Below, one piece after another: positions 1 through 12,600 of a stretch of 50,620 bases of DNA. The stretch comes from Pseudomonadota bacterium (lineage in GTDB: Bacteria > Myxococcota > JACRCW01 > JAFGSX01), in assembly GCA_043821645.1 (NCBI GenBank), contig JBDRCO010000096.1, positions 1 to 50,620 on the forward strand, written 5' to 3'. A program made the position numbers and the translations under genes. The notes under the pieces were generated by a model. The model did not search any database and was not told the origin of the DNA. It worked only from the letters and a program-made list of their open reading frames with translations. Each line of letters opens with the position of its first letter. The first letter of the stretch is position 1.

Positions 1-515
1 GGTTCGAGCAGACGCTGCAATGCGAGCACCCGCTCGCTGCGGCGCCCATCCAGTTCGCCAAGGTGGATGGCGCCTGGTCCCGTGCGCTCGACGTCACCGG
101 GACCGTGCATGGTGCCTCCCCAGCCCACGATCGCGCTGACCACGCGTTCAGCACCCACGATGCTTGCCACGGCGTCCTCGACGATACCGTTCTGGCAGGT
201 GACCAGGTACCCCTCGCTGGCCAGCAGGGGCACGGTGACCCGAGCCGCCTCGACCACGCGTGTGGCTTTCATGATCAGCAAGGCCAGGTCAAAGGGAGGC
301 TCCTGTGCCAGGGCTTCGACCGTAGCCACGGCCCGAGCGGGTACCGAGTAGGCGCCGTCACGGGTCTTCACGCGAAGACCGCGCTCGGCGATGGCCCGGG
401 CGATGTCGGCATTGCCCGTGACGAGGGTGAGATCCTGCCCGGCCCGCAACATCTGGCCGGCCACCACACCCCCTATTCCTCCAACCCCCTCGACCAAGAT
501 CCTTGGACCTGCCAT
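1..515 (-). CDS. panE: 2-dehydropantoate 2-reductase (ketopantoate reductase), runs off the window edge
   Basis: Not in the ORF track; translated by hand from ATG 515 (GGAG upstream): MAGPRILVEGVGGIGGVVAG...FDLALLIMKA...LVTCQNGI...GTMHGPG...IHLGELDG. Shows the Rossmann GxGxxG, the KA motif and the QNG motif of PanE/ApbA. Confidence 0.88.
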   Translation of the reverse strand, partial: MAGPRILVEGVGGIGGVVAGQMLRAGQDLTLVTGNADIARAIAERGLRVKTRDGAYSVPARAVATVEALAQEPPFDLALLIMKATRVVEAARVTVPLLASEGYLVTCQNGIVEDAVASIVGAERVVSAIVGWGGTMHGPGDVERTGPGAIHLGELDGRRSERVLALQRLLE

Positions 516-630
516 GCATACTCCGCCGACACCCTGAGTGGGTCATGCATCCCGTGGCAAGCGCATGATACGCCCCCACCCCTGTGCTAGCATGGGCGGG
601 CCCCATACGTCATGGCAGATCGAGGAGTAC

Positions 631-3600
631 ATGATGCAGGAACCCTCTGCAGGTCTTGGCAGGATCCTTGCGAGTTTCGTCATCACAGCCAGTGTTGCAG
701 GCTGCCAGGATTTTTTGCCGTCCAATCCATATGACCCGAGCGCGCCCACCCACATGCAGGCGCGAGGCGAGATCCGGGGCGTGATCTTCCTCGACGACTC
801 GAGTGCGACCGAGGACGCCATCCGCAGCGAGCTCGACGCCATCTCGGTGCACCTGCGCTCGGGGAGTGGCGAGGAGCTGGTGAGCAGGACCTGTGCCTCG
901 GACACGAGTTCCGATGCCAGCCTGACCTGCACCCCCGCGGACCGGCGAGCCACCTTTAGCTTTCGCGAACTGTTGGCCGGGGACTACCGCATTGCCATCG
1001 ACGGGGTGAGCCTGCGCTACCTGCCGGTCAACGTGCCGCGCGTGACTCTGTCTCCGGGAGAGACCTCAGACCTCGACGTGCTGCGCTACGTGGTCATTCC
1101 TATTGGCGACAGTCCCCGGGACTGGACCGGCCGGGTGGAAGGTGACGTCAACCTGGCGGCGGGCCAGGGAGGACCGCGCAGGGTCACCTTGATGCGACAG
1201 GGAAGTAGTGGCCACGAGGCGCTGGCCACGGCCCTCACCGACAGCAGCGGTGCGTTCACCTTCGAAAAAGTGCCACCGGGCGAATACGCGGTGAGTGCAG
1301 AACTCGAGAACCACACCCCGGACTACAGGGTGGGCTTCTCCATCCAGGGCTCAGAGGTTCCGGTCGACCAGAACACCCAGCGCTTCACCGATAGCAGCGC
1401 CATGCTCCTGTACCCGGTCAGTGCGGTCCTCAAGCCAGACCTTCAACGCGTGTTCGGCCAGTACTACACCAGCACCACGACCGTGCCCCTCGAGGTGCTG
1501 GTCTTTGGCGGCATGAACGAGATGCGGCTGGGCACCGAGCCAGGTTTTGCCAGCGGCACCCAGACCTGGGTGCCACACTCCGGCGCGGCCGACCTCGATC
1601 TTCCTGACGTCGAGGGAGAGATCACGATCTACGGTCAGTTTCGCAACACCACCCACAGCGACTTCGTGTTCGAGTCCTCCGTGTACCAGACCACCCTGGT
1701 GCGCGACGTCACAGCGCCGGTGGTCGAGGACGTCCGCGTGCGCGGCCACGTGGCGGCTGCCGATGGCCGCATCTGGCTGTCCGCGGAGGGCGAGACCATA
1801 GGCCTCGACATCGACGGCTCGGACGCCGTCAGTGCCGTGTACGAGGTGACTCTCTACCACGACGACCTCAATGGCGCCGGCGACCCGCTGGTGCTGGGCT
1901 TCTCGCTGACCGAGACCCCTCCCGGGCTGGTGCGTCTCGACGAGGAGATGACGCTCAGCGCCGGTGAGGGTCAGAAGATCGTGTACGCCTATCTCAAGGA
2001 TCGCGCGGGCAACCTGAGCAGTGCGGGCCATGCCACGCTGTGGGTCGACGTCACGGCTCCGACCGTGGACCTGCTGGTCCTGAACACGGGTGCCACGGTC
2101 ACCGGAAACCGCACCGTGACCCTGGCCCTGGGAGCATCGGATCAGAACCGCGTCACCGGCATGAGGTTCTGGGAGGAAGGTCAGTCCGAGCCCTCGAGCT
2201 TCGGGCCCTATCAGGAAGTGACGACGCTGCAGTTGCAGCCTCTCAACTATGGCAACACCCAGCGCCAGGTGAATGCCCGCGTGGTGGACCAGGCGGGCAA
2301 TGCGTCCACCATCAGCTCGGCCACCATCACTTTCGATGATCGCGGCAGCGTTGCGGGCCTGCTCTACGTCGAGGACGCAGCCGACGGCAGCCCGGGTGAC
2401 GTCTCGGGAGTCACGGCCCTGGTCAACGGTCAGAGCTATCCCCTCGTGGCAACCGCCGGCAACAACCCAGGAGATCCCTGGCAGTTCACCGTCACGCAGA
2501 TCCCCGCCGGCGCCAACCTGTACCTGGTGCTTCAGAAGGCGGGCTATGGCAACGCCAGTCCGACCTCCCTGTTCAGCGTCAGCCCCGGGGTGGTCACCGA
2601 CGCCGGGGTCCTCAGGCTGCAACTTGCGCGCGGCAGCATCGAGGGATGGGTCGAGGTCGAGGCGGTCGCGGACAGCAGCAACGCCATCGCCCGCATCGAC
2701 AGTACCGGGCAGTTTGCCCTGTCCGACAGCACGGGCTACTTCCGCATCGAGCAGGTGCCAGCGCGTCTGGGCTACAGCGTGACCCTGAGCTACGACAGCG
2801 TGCACGCCTCCCAGGTGGTCACGGGCATCGACGTGCCAGCGTCGGGCACCACGCGCATCTCCCAACCCGGTCAGCCCATTCCATTGGCGCTGCTCGCGGG
2901 CAGCTTCGCCATTGCCCAGGGCATCTACAGCAAGGATCCGCGCATCACCTTGAGCATGAGCTATGACGGCGCCATCGAGTACCGCGCCAGCATCAACCGC
3001 GGCGACCTGCAGAACGATGTCGTCGCCTGGAGCAGCTTCTCCAACGCCGTCGGTAGCACCACCGGCTACGACTTTGACCTGCCGTCCCAAGACGGGCTGT
3101 ATAGCGTCTTCGTACAGTTCAGGGACGACACTCCCAACACGGGTTTCGTGTCCGAGATCTTCAGCGATGTGGTGACGCTGGATCAGCTTGTGCCGTCGAA
3201 CGTGGGCCTGCAGATCAACAGTGGAGCCGTCTACAGCAGCACGCTGTCCGTCACCCTGACGCCGTCGGGAACGGATGCCAATCCCATCCCGAACGTGCAA
3301 CTCAGTTACAGGGACACGACCTTGGCCAGCGAACTGGTCGACGGCGACTGGAACGCCCCCCGATCCTGGAACGGTCAACCTTTTGGTGTATCTCTGCCCG
3401 GTCTGCTCGCCTTCCGGACGGCGCGCGTCTGGGTACGCCTCATCGACGCCGCGGGCAACGTGAGTCTGCCTGTGCTCTCCAGCATCGTGATCGATCCCGC
3501 GGCTCCCACAGGTGGCAACATCGTGATCGAGGGTGGAGCCCTGGTGACCAGATCCTTCCTGGTGACCCTGACGCTGAGCGCCAGCGACGACACGCCCATC

Positions 3601-6600
3601 GAGATGCTCATCGCCGACGAGGCGGTGCCCGCGACAGGCACCTGGAGGACCTTCGCCCCGAGCACCTCGTGGGTCTTGCCCCCGGCCACCCAGGGCACCA
3701 AGCGCGTGTGCGTGGCCTACCGCGATGCCGCTGGGAACCGGACACAGGACTACTGTGACGACATCAGCTTCGACAGCGTGGCGCCGCCGACGCCTGCGAT
3801 GACGACGACGGCGGGCAGCTACACCAATCAAGCGCAGATCACCCTCGACTTCGGCAACGTCACCGCCGACGTCAGCAGCATCGAGGTGGCCAGCAACGCA
3901 GCCTTCAGCGGGGCCCAGGTGCACCCGGCGCAGGCCCAAATCTCCTTCAACCTGGGCAGTGGCGACGGCCCCCGCCTGGTGTACTCGCGCTACGTGGACG
4001 CGGCGGGAAACTTCTCTGCCGCGGCGGTGGTGAGCGTGACCCTTGATACCGAACCACCCCTGGCTCCGTCGCTGAACGTGGCCCAGGGCGTGCTGACCAA
4101 CTCACGGGTCATTGACCTGCAGCTCAGCGCGCTGGGCGCCAGCGAGGTGCTGGTCGCCCGCAGCGCCACCTGCAACACGGGAGGCACCGCACCTGACGCC
4201 GGAGGATTCGACACCGGGGGTACGGTCGACGAGGGCTGGCGCGCATTTGCCACCACCGTGCCCTGGCTTTTGCTCGACCAGGATGGAGCCCAGGATGTGT
4301 CGGTGCGCTTCCGCGACCAGGCGGGCAATCCCACCGGCTGCCTCAGCGCGCGCATCACCCTGGATCGTCAGCCGCCGGCACCAGGGGCGACGCCCGTGGT
4401 GCTGAGCAACCTGCGGCTCGAGCTCGACGCGGCCGGCACGGCCGTGCAGCGGGTGCTGGTGCGCGTGGACCTGTCCTCCACAGGCGCCACCGAGATGAAG
4501 ATCTCCAACCTGCCCGGCGCCACGGACGCCACCTGGCGCAGTTACCAGACGCCCCTGACCGAGTGGGAACTCGACCCCACGGGCGGCCAGAAGACCGTGT
4601 ACGTATTCCTGCGTGACGGTGCAGGCAACAGCACCGCCCAGCTCCAGGCCAGCATCTATGTCGACACCACCGGCGACATCAACGGCACCCTCGCCGTCGA
4701 AGGGGCGAGCGACTTCACAGACGTGGCCTTCTACCTCGATGGCAACCCCGTGACTCCGGTGTACACCGGCAGTGCTTTCGCCCTCGAGAACGTGCTCGCC
4801 GCGGAATACGGCACCCTGGAAATCGTCAAGCTCGGCTATGACGCGGTCACGGTGCGAAACGTGCGCGTGCCGCCAGGTGGCGTTGCCAGCCTTGGCGCGC
4901 TCTCCCTGAGGCAATCCCGAGGTGCGGTCGAGGGCTACGTCAGCCTCGCCGGAGCCTCCTCCCACGAGAATGTTCTGATCGAACTGCTCAACACGGGATA
5001 CACCACGCGCTCGAACTCGGCGGGTTACTTCTACCTGGGTGACGTCCTCGTCGGCACCTTCGATCTCAAGGCCTCGCGCGATGGTTTCTCGCCGCAGCTC
5101 CGCACCAGCATCCTCGTCTCGTCAGGCTTGACCACCTCCATCTCCAGCAGCCTGGATCCCATCCCCCTGCCCGTGGCGTCGGGCGACTACACCATCAACG
5201 GTGGAGCCTCCTACACCAGCACCACGCGCGTGCACCTCAACCTCTCGTATACCGACGCCACCGCGTTCAGGGTCAGCGAGACCTCGGACTTCCAGGGCAT
5301 CCCGGGCTTTCCGACCACCTATACCGGGGCGGGGGACTACGACTTTGACCTCGGCCCTGCTCCCACGCCGCCGCAGGGCGAGCACACCGTGTACGTGCAG
5401 TTCAGCACGCCCGGTGGCCCCAGCGCGGTGCTGCAGTCGAGCATCGTTCTCGACACTATCCCGCCGACCCAGGGCACCGTGCTACTGGCCGGCGGCGCGG
5501 TGGCGACCAAGGTGCTCAACGTGAGCGCGGCGCTCAGCTCCAGCGACGCCAACGGCATCGCGAGGATCGCGACGAGCCTCAATGGCAGCACCTTTGCCCC
5601 ACCGGTCACCTACCAGACGCCCTACACCTATGCCTTCACCGGCGCCGAGGGTACCAAGTGCCTGTACGTCCAGCACATCGACAGCGCCGGCAACCGTTCG
5701 GCCCTGCCCGCGGCCAGCGACTGCATCACCTACGACATCACGCCGCCCTCAGGCACGGTCGCCATTGTCGACGCCACAGGTACTGCCTATACCGGTGGCG
5801 TGACGCGCAGCCGCGCGGTGTACCTGCAGCTCAGTTCTCCCGACGCCACCGAGATGAAGATCTCGAACAAGGCCACCCTGGTCGACGCCGTGTGGCAACC
5901 CTTCGACAGCACCTTGCAGCCCTGGAACCTGAACGCAGGCGACGGCCCGCGCACCGTTTATATCGCCCTCCGAGACCAGGCCGGCAACGAGGCCAAAGGA
6001 ACAGCCGGGCTCGACGCCACCATCAGCGTGGACAGCACGCCGCCCAGCGCGCCGGTGTTCGCCATCACCCAGGGAACCTTCACCAGTACCCGGACCATCA
6101 CCCTGAGCTTCAGCAACTGGACGAGCGGCGAGACCGTGCTGTTTGAGAGCAACCAGGCCCTGGGTAGCATCCAGAGCAAGGCCGCCGCCGGGTCCCTGAG
6201 CTTCGACCTCCCCGACGTCGAGGGACTGCACCTGCTGGGCCTGCGGTACCGCGACGCCGCGGGTAACGAGAGCACTGCGGCCTCGGCCAGCATCACCCTG
6301 GACCGGGTGGCACCGACCCTGCTGCGCTTCGTGGTCGACGGGAATGGCTATACCAGCGCGGGCACGGTCTCACTGGTCATCGAGGCCGACGGTGCCACCC
6401 AGATGCGCTTCAGCAATGGCGCGGACTTCTCGGGCTCGACCTGGGAGCCCTACCGAACCCGGCGCCTGCTGTGGCCCCTCGATACCGGGACCCAGGGCCT
6501 GAAAACCGTGCGCGTGCAGCTCCGCGATGCCGCCCTCAACCCAACGGCGGGCACGGACACCGCCAGCGTCGAGTACGACACCACGGCCCCGACGGCGACC

Positions 6601-9600
6601 CTCGTGCTGGCGGGCGGTGTCAACCCCGTGGCCACACAAACCATCTCCGTGGCCCTGCAGGGCGCACCCGTCGACACGGCCTGGATGGCGGTGTCGAGCG
6701 CCGCCGCCCTCGACTGCGCCACCGCCTCGTACAGCGCCTTCACCGCCGAGATCAGCCATGTGCTGTCCACGCCCAACGACGACAATGTGGTCTACGTGTG
6801 TCTCAAGGACCTGGCTGGCAACACGCGTCTGCACAGCGGGAACATCACCCACGACGCCACCGCGCCCCTGGTCACCAGTGTGGCCACTCCCACCACCAGC
6901 ACCGACGCTGACGGTACGGTCAACGTGCAGGTCACTGTCAGCAACGCCGAGGACGATACCGTCACCGTCACCCTGACCAGCCAGCACGCGACCACGGGAA
7001 GCTTCACCATCGTGCCGATTACCAGCCGCACCGGAAGCGCCAGCATCGCGCTGCTGCCAGCGGGGGGTGGCTACAGCGACGCCGACGTGCTGCTGGAGAT
7101 CACGGCGACCGATCCCGCGGGCAACAGCTACAGCACCACGAGGGTGGTGCGCGTCGACCGCTCGGCCCCGACCGGCACGCTGCTCATCGACGGTGGCGCC
7201 ACTTACTCCACCAGCACCACCGGCCTGGTGACCCTGACCCTGAGCGCCACCGACAGCTTCTCGGGCGTCAGCCGCATGCGCTTCAGCAACGACGGCAGCA
7301 CCTGGGACAGCTGGCAGAGCTTTGCCTCCACCTACGGTCCCTGGCCTCTGGCCACGCCCTCCAGCCAGAATGATGTTCTCAAGACGGTGTACATGCAGCT
7401 CGAGGACGCGGTGGGCAACGTGTCCACGAGCACCATCAGCGACACCATCCGGCTGGACAATGTCGCCCCGGCCACGGGTGCGTTCCAGATCAACGGTGGA
7501 ACCGGCACCACCAACCAGCGGGCAGTGACCCTGAGCTTCAGCGCCACCGCGGCCACCGAGATGAAGTTGAGCCATGGCGACTCCTGCGTCGGCGGGGGGT
7601 GGGAGACCTACGCTGTCAGCGGCACCGCACCCTGGGTGCTCGAGGGCGAGGGCAGCGCGGTCTATGCGTCCGCGATCTTCCGGGATGCTGCGGGCAACCT
7701 GTCCGGCTGCGTCAACGACAGCATCACCGTGGACCTGACCAGCCCCGAGCTACCCTCGATCGCAATCGACCTCGGCGCGACCTACAACAGGAGCAGTACA
7801 CACCAGCTCAGCGTGCTGCTCAGCGCCACAGATGCCACGTTCTACCGCCTGGCCGAGACGGCCGCGGGCATCGACGCGGCGACCTGGGTCACGCCTGTGC
7901 CAGCCGGTGCCTTCACCTACACCCTGTCGTCGGGGAACCAGGGCGACGGCGAGAAGATCCTGTTCGCCCAGTTCAAGGACGACGCGGACAACACCAGCGT
8001 GGTGGTCAGCGACAGCATCATCCACGACGCCACAGCACCGGTCGTGGGCTACCTGCTAGTCGACAACGGTGCCGAGTTCACCCGCAGCACGGCTGGTCAG
8101 GTCAGCCTGTACTTCGGTGGCAGCGACGAGACCAGCGGTCTGGCCTCGGTGGAGATCAGCAACAACGGCACGAGCTGGTCAGCCTCACAGACCTACACGG
8201 GTTACATCGCGAGCTGGACCCTGGCTGCGCCCACGGCCAGCGTCGACGGTATCACGCGAACCGTATACGTCCGGTTCAAGGACAGGGCCGGCAACACCTC
8301 AACCTCGAAGAGTGACGACATCACCCTGGACAACGTCGCCCCCTCGGGCACGGTGCAGGTCAACAACAACGCCACCTACTCGGCGAGCCAGGCCGTGCAG
8401 GTGGTGGTGAATCCGGGCTCGGACGTGGAGCTGGTCTCACTGGCCAACGACAGCTCTCCGACCTGCAGCACGGCGTCCTACACCAGCGTTCAGGAAGTCT
8501 ATTCCTGGACCCTGTCCGCCGCGGATGGCCCCAAGACCGTCTTCGCCTGCTTCCGGGATCGCGCGGGTAACGTCAGCTCGCCACCGGCCAGCGATGGCAT
8601 CATCCTGGACACCCTGCGTCCGAGCTTCGTGGTCGAGGCCCAGTATCCCAATGGCACACCCAGCACCATCACCAGCGATGCCGACGGCACCATCCGCTTG
8701 GCCGTGACCCTGGACGCCTCGGATCAGGACACGGTCGACCTGGTCGCCACCTCGCCTGATACAGGAGCCATCATCGCAACTGCCATCAGCAGCGGCCAGA
8801 CCCTGGGCAATCTGGATCTGGTCATCGCACCCGCTGGCGCCGTGGACGATGGACCCTACCTCGTGGACGTGACCGCCACCGACGCAGCCAGCAACAGCTT
8901 CTCGTTGCAGCGCACCATCACCGTCGACCGCACGCCGCCCGTGCTCAGCAACGTGAGCTGCCCGGCCTGCTCCGAATGCGAGGGTTCCTGGTTTGTCAGA
9001 GGCGCCGCTGTCCTGTTGAGTCCCGTGGGATTCGACGACACCTCCGGCCTCGACCGTTTCGAGATCCGCAACGGCACCGGCACAGTCGTTGACACCGCGG
9101 GCGTCGGCGAGCAGCTCTCGTTCAATCTGGCGACCACGGAAGGCGTGCAGCAGGACTTCACTGTTCACGCCTTCGATCGCGCCGGGCTGCAGAGCGACCC
9201 ATGGCCCCTGCGCCTGGTCTACGACGCGTCGAACCCGACCCTTGGTGTCGCGTTTGCCAATGGCATCGCTTACTCCGGTGCCACGTACATCTCGCAAGCC
9301 ACGGTCGAAGTCTCACTGAACATGACGGATGGCAACTTCGCCGGGTTCCCGCAGTGCTATGGCCAGCGCTACGCCTGGGGCAGCAACCCCTCGGGTCCCT
9401 GGGGCCCATACCTGCCAGACTTCCCGGCGACGATCTCCCCAAGCTCCGATGGCAGCAGAGAGCTCCGGGTCGAGGTGAAAGACCCGGCCGGTCGCACGAT
9501 CGTCGGTCAGAGAACGATCATCCTGGACGCCAGCCCTCCGACGGGCAGCGTGACCCTCTCGGCGGTCGTTGGCGGAAGCACCAGCTACATCCAGGACAGA

Positions 9601-12600
9601 TTCGTCAACGTCGCGCTCACCCACAGCAACGACGTCAACGGCTACGCCCTGGTCGCGTCTTTCGAAGATTGCAGCGTGCTCCCTCTGGGCGCCTTCTTGC
9701 CCATCACGCCTCCCGCGACCAGCACCACTCGCAACAACGTCGACCTGGGCCTGCTCCCGGGCGTTCTGCCTCCCTTTGATAACCCCGAAGGCAATTCGGT
9801 CACGCTCAAGGCCTGTTTCAAGGACAGGGCCGAGAACCGCAGCGGTGCCTCGGACAGCATCGTGCTCGATCGCGTCCCACCGCAGGGTGCTCTGGTCATC
9901 GACGGCGACGCCCCCTGGGTCACCGACGCTGGTGGCGACGTCACCTTGACCTTCTCGGTGGATGCCGGGGACGTGGACGAGGTGTTCATCTGCAACGGCA
10001 CCTCGCCGTCAAACTGCATCGGCGCCGTGCCCGATCCCTGTGCGACCTCGCACACCCTCGAGAGCTACACGTCGACTAAGTTGTGGGCCCTGGACACCTC
10101 GGGTGGTGACGGCACCAAGTTCGTGCTCGCCTGCCTGGTCGACAACGCGGGACACCGCACGCCGATCTTCGACCAGGTGGACCTGGACCGCACCGCGCCC
10201 GCTCCCGCTGCGGTCGCGATCCGGGGTCGCATCGGATTTCGCTGCTGCACTCAGGGAGAATTCTGCCTGGACATCCCGGGATGCACCGAGAGTTCGACCA
10301 AGACCCGCATGCTGCGCGCAGCACTTGAATTCGGTTTCAGCTCGGCGAGCCCGATCGCCGACGTCCAGTATGCGGCAGGCAACGGCGACCTGTCCTGCGA
10401 TGCCCTGGCCGGCTGGACCCCGTTTGGTCCCACCGGCAACTGCCAGGACGGCGTGCTCGGAGGCTCGGGCTATGCCTGCCAGCGCATCGAACAGTGGCTC
10501 TTACCCGAGGCCGAGGGCGACGTCACGGTCACCGTGTGCTTCCGCGATGCCGCGGGATTGATGACCAAGCTCAGCGATACCATCGAGGAGGACAGGACAC
10601 CGCCCAGCGAAGCCAGTATCTCGTCGGTGAGTGCTGGACATCGCAGCGTGAGCCTGACCTGGGAAGGGAGCGCGAGCAGCGACCTCGCGGGCTACCGGGT
10701 CAAGTGGTTCCAGCCCTCGTACCCCGCGCCATGGTGGGCCCAGGTCGACCCGGAGGTGACAGACCCAAACCATCTTGGTACCTCCATCGACAGCCGGACC
10801 GTCGTCATGCCGTCCGGAGACCCACCGATCTCGAACTGCGAGCCCGTGGACCTGCGCGTGATGGCCTTCGACGACGCGGGCAACTGGTCGCTGTCCGCGC
10901 CGCAGTCGGCCACGCCGACCTTCCCGGCACCGGCAGATGTGTTCGTCGTGGGCCGCGCGCGCGAGCTACAAGTGAGCTGGAGTCCCGTCGTCGACGCTCT
11001 CAACTACCGCGTCTACGTGGCCTCCACGGCCGATGTCCAGGGCACGGCCCAGGGCTACGTGCAGGTGCCAAGCGGTGTCACCAGCGCCACCATCCGCGAT
11101 GGCGACATGTTCACCTCTCCCTCGACGGCAGTGCTTCTCCTCGACCGAACGACCTACCACGTGGGCATCGCCGCGGAGGATGGCGTGAGCTTCGTGCCCA
11201 GCTGCTTCAGCGCCGTGGGCGCGACAGACAGCGACGCGACCCGGAGTCTGGTGCCCTCGCAGACCTGGAACGGCACGATCCATCAGGGTGCGTTTGGCAC
11301 CAGGCTGGCCACCACGGACATGGATCACGACGGCTACGACGATCTGCTGATCAGCTCGCCAGCCACGCCCGACGTGTACGTCGCGGGCAACAACCTGGTC
11401 CAGGAGCCCGACGCGGGCATCGTCGAGATGTACTCCGGCCGGACACGCCAGCGCGTCTTCATGGCCAACGGAGCCCGCCCCCACGAGCGCGCAGGGACAG
11501 GCCTGGCCGTGCTCGACGATCTCGACCGAGACGGGTGGAGGGAGTTCGCCATCGGCCGACCCGGCTGGCAATGGGATGATGGAACCCAGACCAACAACAA
11601 GCGCGGCCGCCTGGATCTCTACTCCGGTCGCACAGGGATCTTGATCAAGTCCCTTTACTCACCCGAGCTCAGCGCCCTGGACAACGACGAGTTCGGCTTT
11701 GCCATCGCCAGCGCCGGCGACTTCGTCAACGCCTCCGGTGCTGTGGCAACGGATGGCATCGACGAGTTCGCCGTGTCCTCACCGGGCTACAACAACCAGG
11801 GCCGGGTCTACTTCTTCAATGGTGCGACCCAGCAAGAACTCAGCACCTACCGGCGCACAGGCGTCGCCGGGGAGCGCTACGGAGAAATTCTCATCGAGGC
11901 CGTGACCAGGGCCGGTGGTGTTGGCCAGATCATGGCTGCCGTGGCGCCGGCAGTATCTCCAACTTTTTACGGTGTGGCCCGGGTGTTCAGGCCAGTGCTG
12001 TCGGGCAACCTGCTCGTGGTCACCGGCAGCGCCGCGCGACCTATCGACGGTGGCGTGGCCCTGGCGAAGGCTTTTGGGAGCATCCAGGTCAACCTCATCG
12101 CCGTCGGCATGCCCGGCGCGATGGCAGGACCCCGGGTGGCGTCGTATCTCTACAACGGGAGTTCCACCACCGCGCTCAGCGACATCGTCTCTCCCTATCC
12201 CTCCGCTGTCGCCTTCGGCAGCGCACTCCGCTTTGCCTCGGTGCTGCGGCTGGGCGAAGCGCCGGACCTGGTGGTTGCGGGATCGGACAAGGGTGCTGCT
12301 GGCGTGCAGGGGCGCGTCACCCTGTACCAGATCGAGAGCGGCCCCAGCATCCGTCGGGCCCTGGACTGGACGGCCAGCAAACCGAGCTCAGGCTTCGGCA
12401 CCAGTCTGGCGGTCGGCCGCTTCGACAACACGGGTGTGGACCAGATCGCCGTGGGTGCACCCCGCTACAACGTGGGCAGCTTCGAGGCAGGGAGTGTCCA
12501 GGTCCTGGCTCATGATCTGTTCCAGGTGACGCCAGCACGCAGTGCCAGCGTACGCTTTGGCGAACTCCTGTTCATGCCACAGGGCGGCACGCCCGCCTAC

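Noticed and set aside
63-590. Plus-strand 175-aa ORF
   Set aside because: Shadow of panE on the minus strand.
2998-3006. RGD tripeptide in the giant protein (another occurs in the Cys-rich lipoprotein)
   Set aside because: A single RGD is expected by chance in proteins this long and R/G/D-rich.
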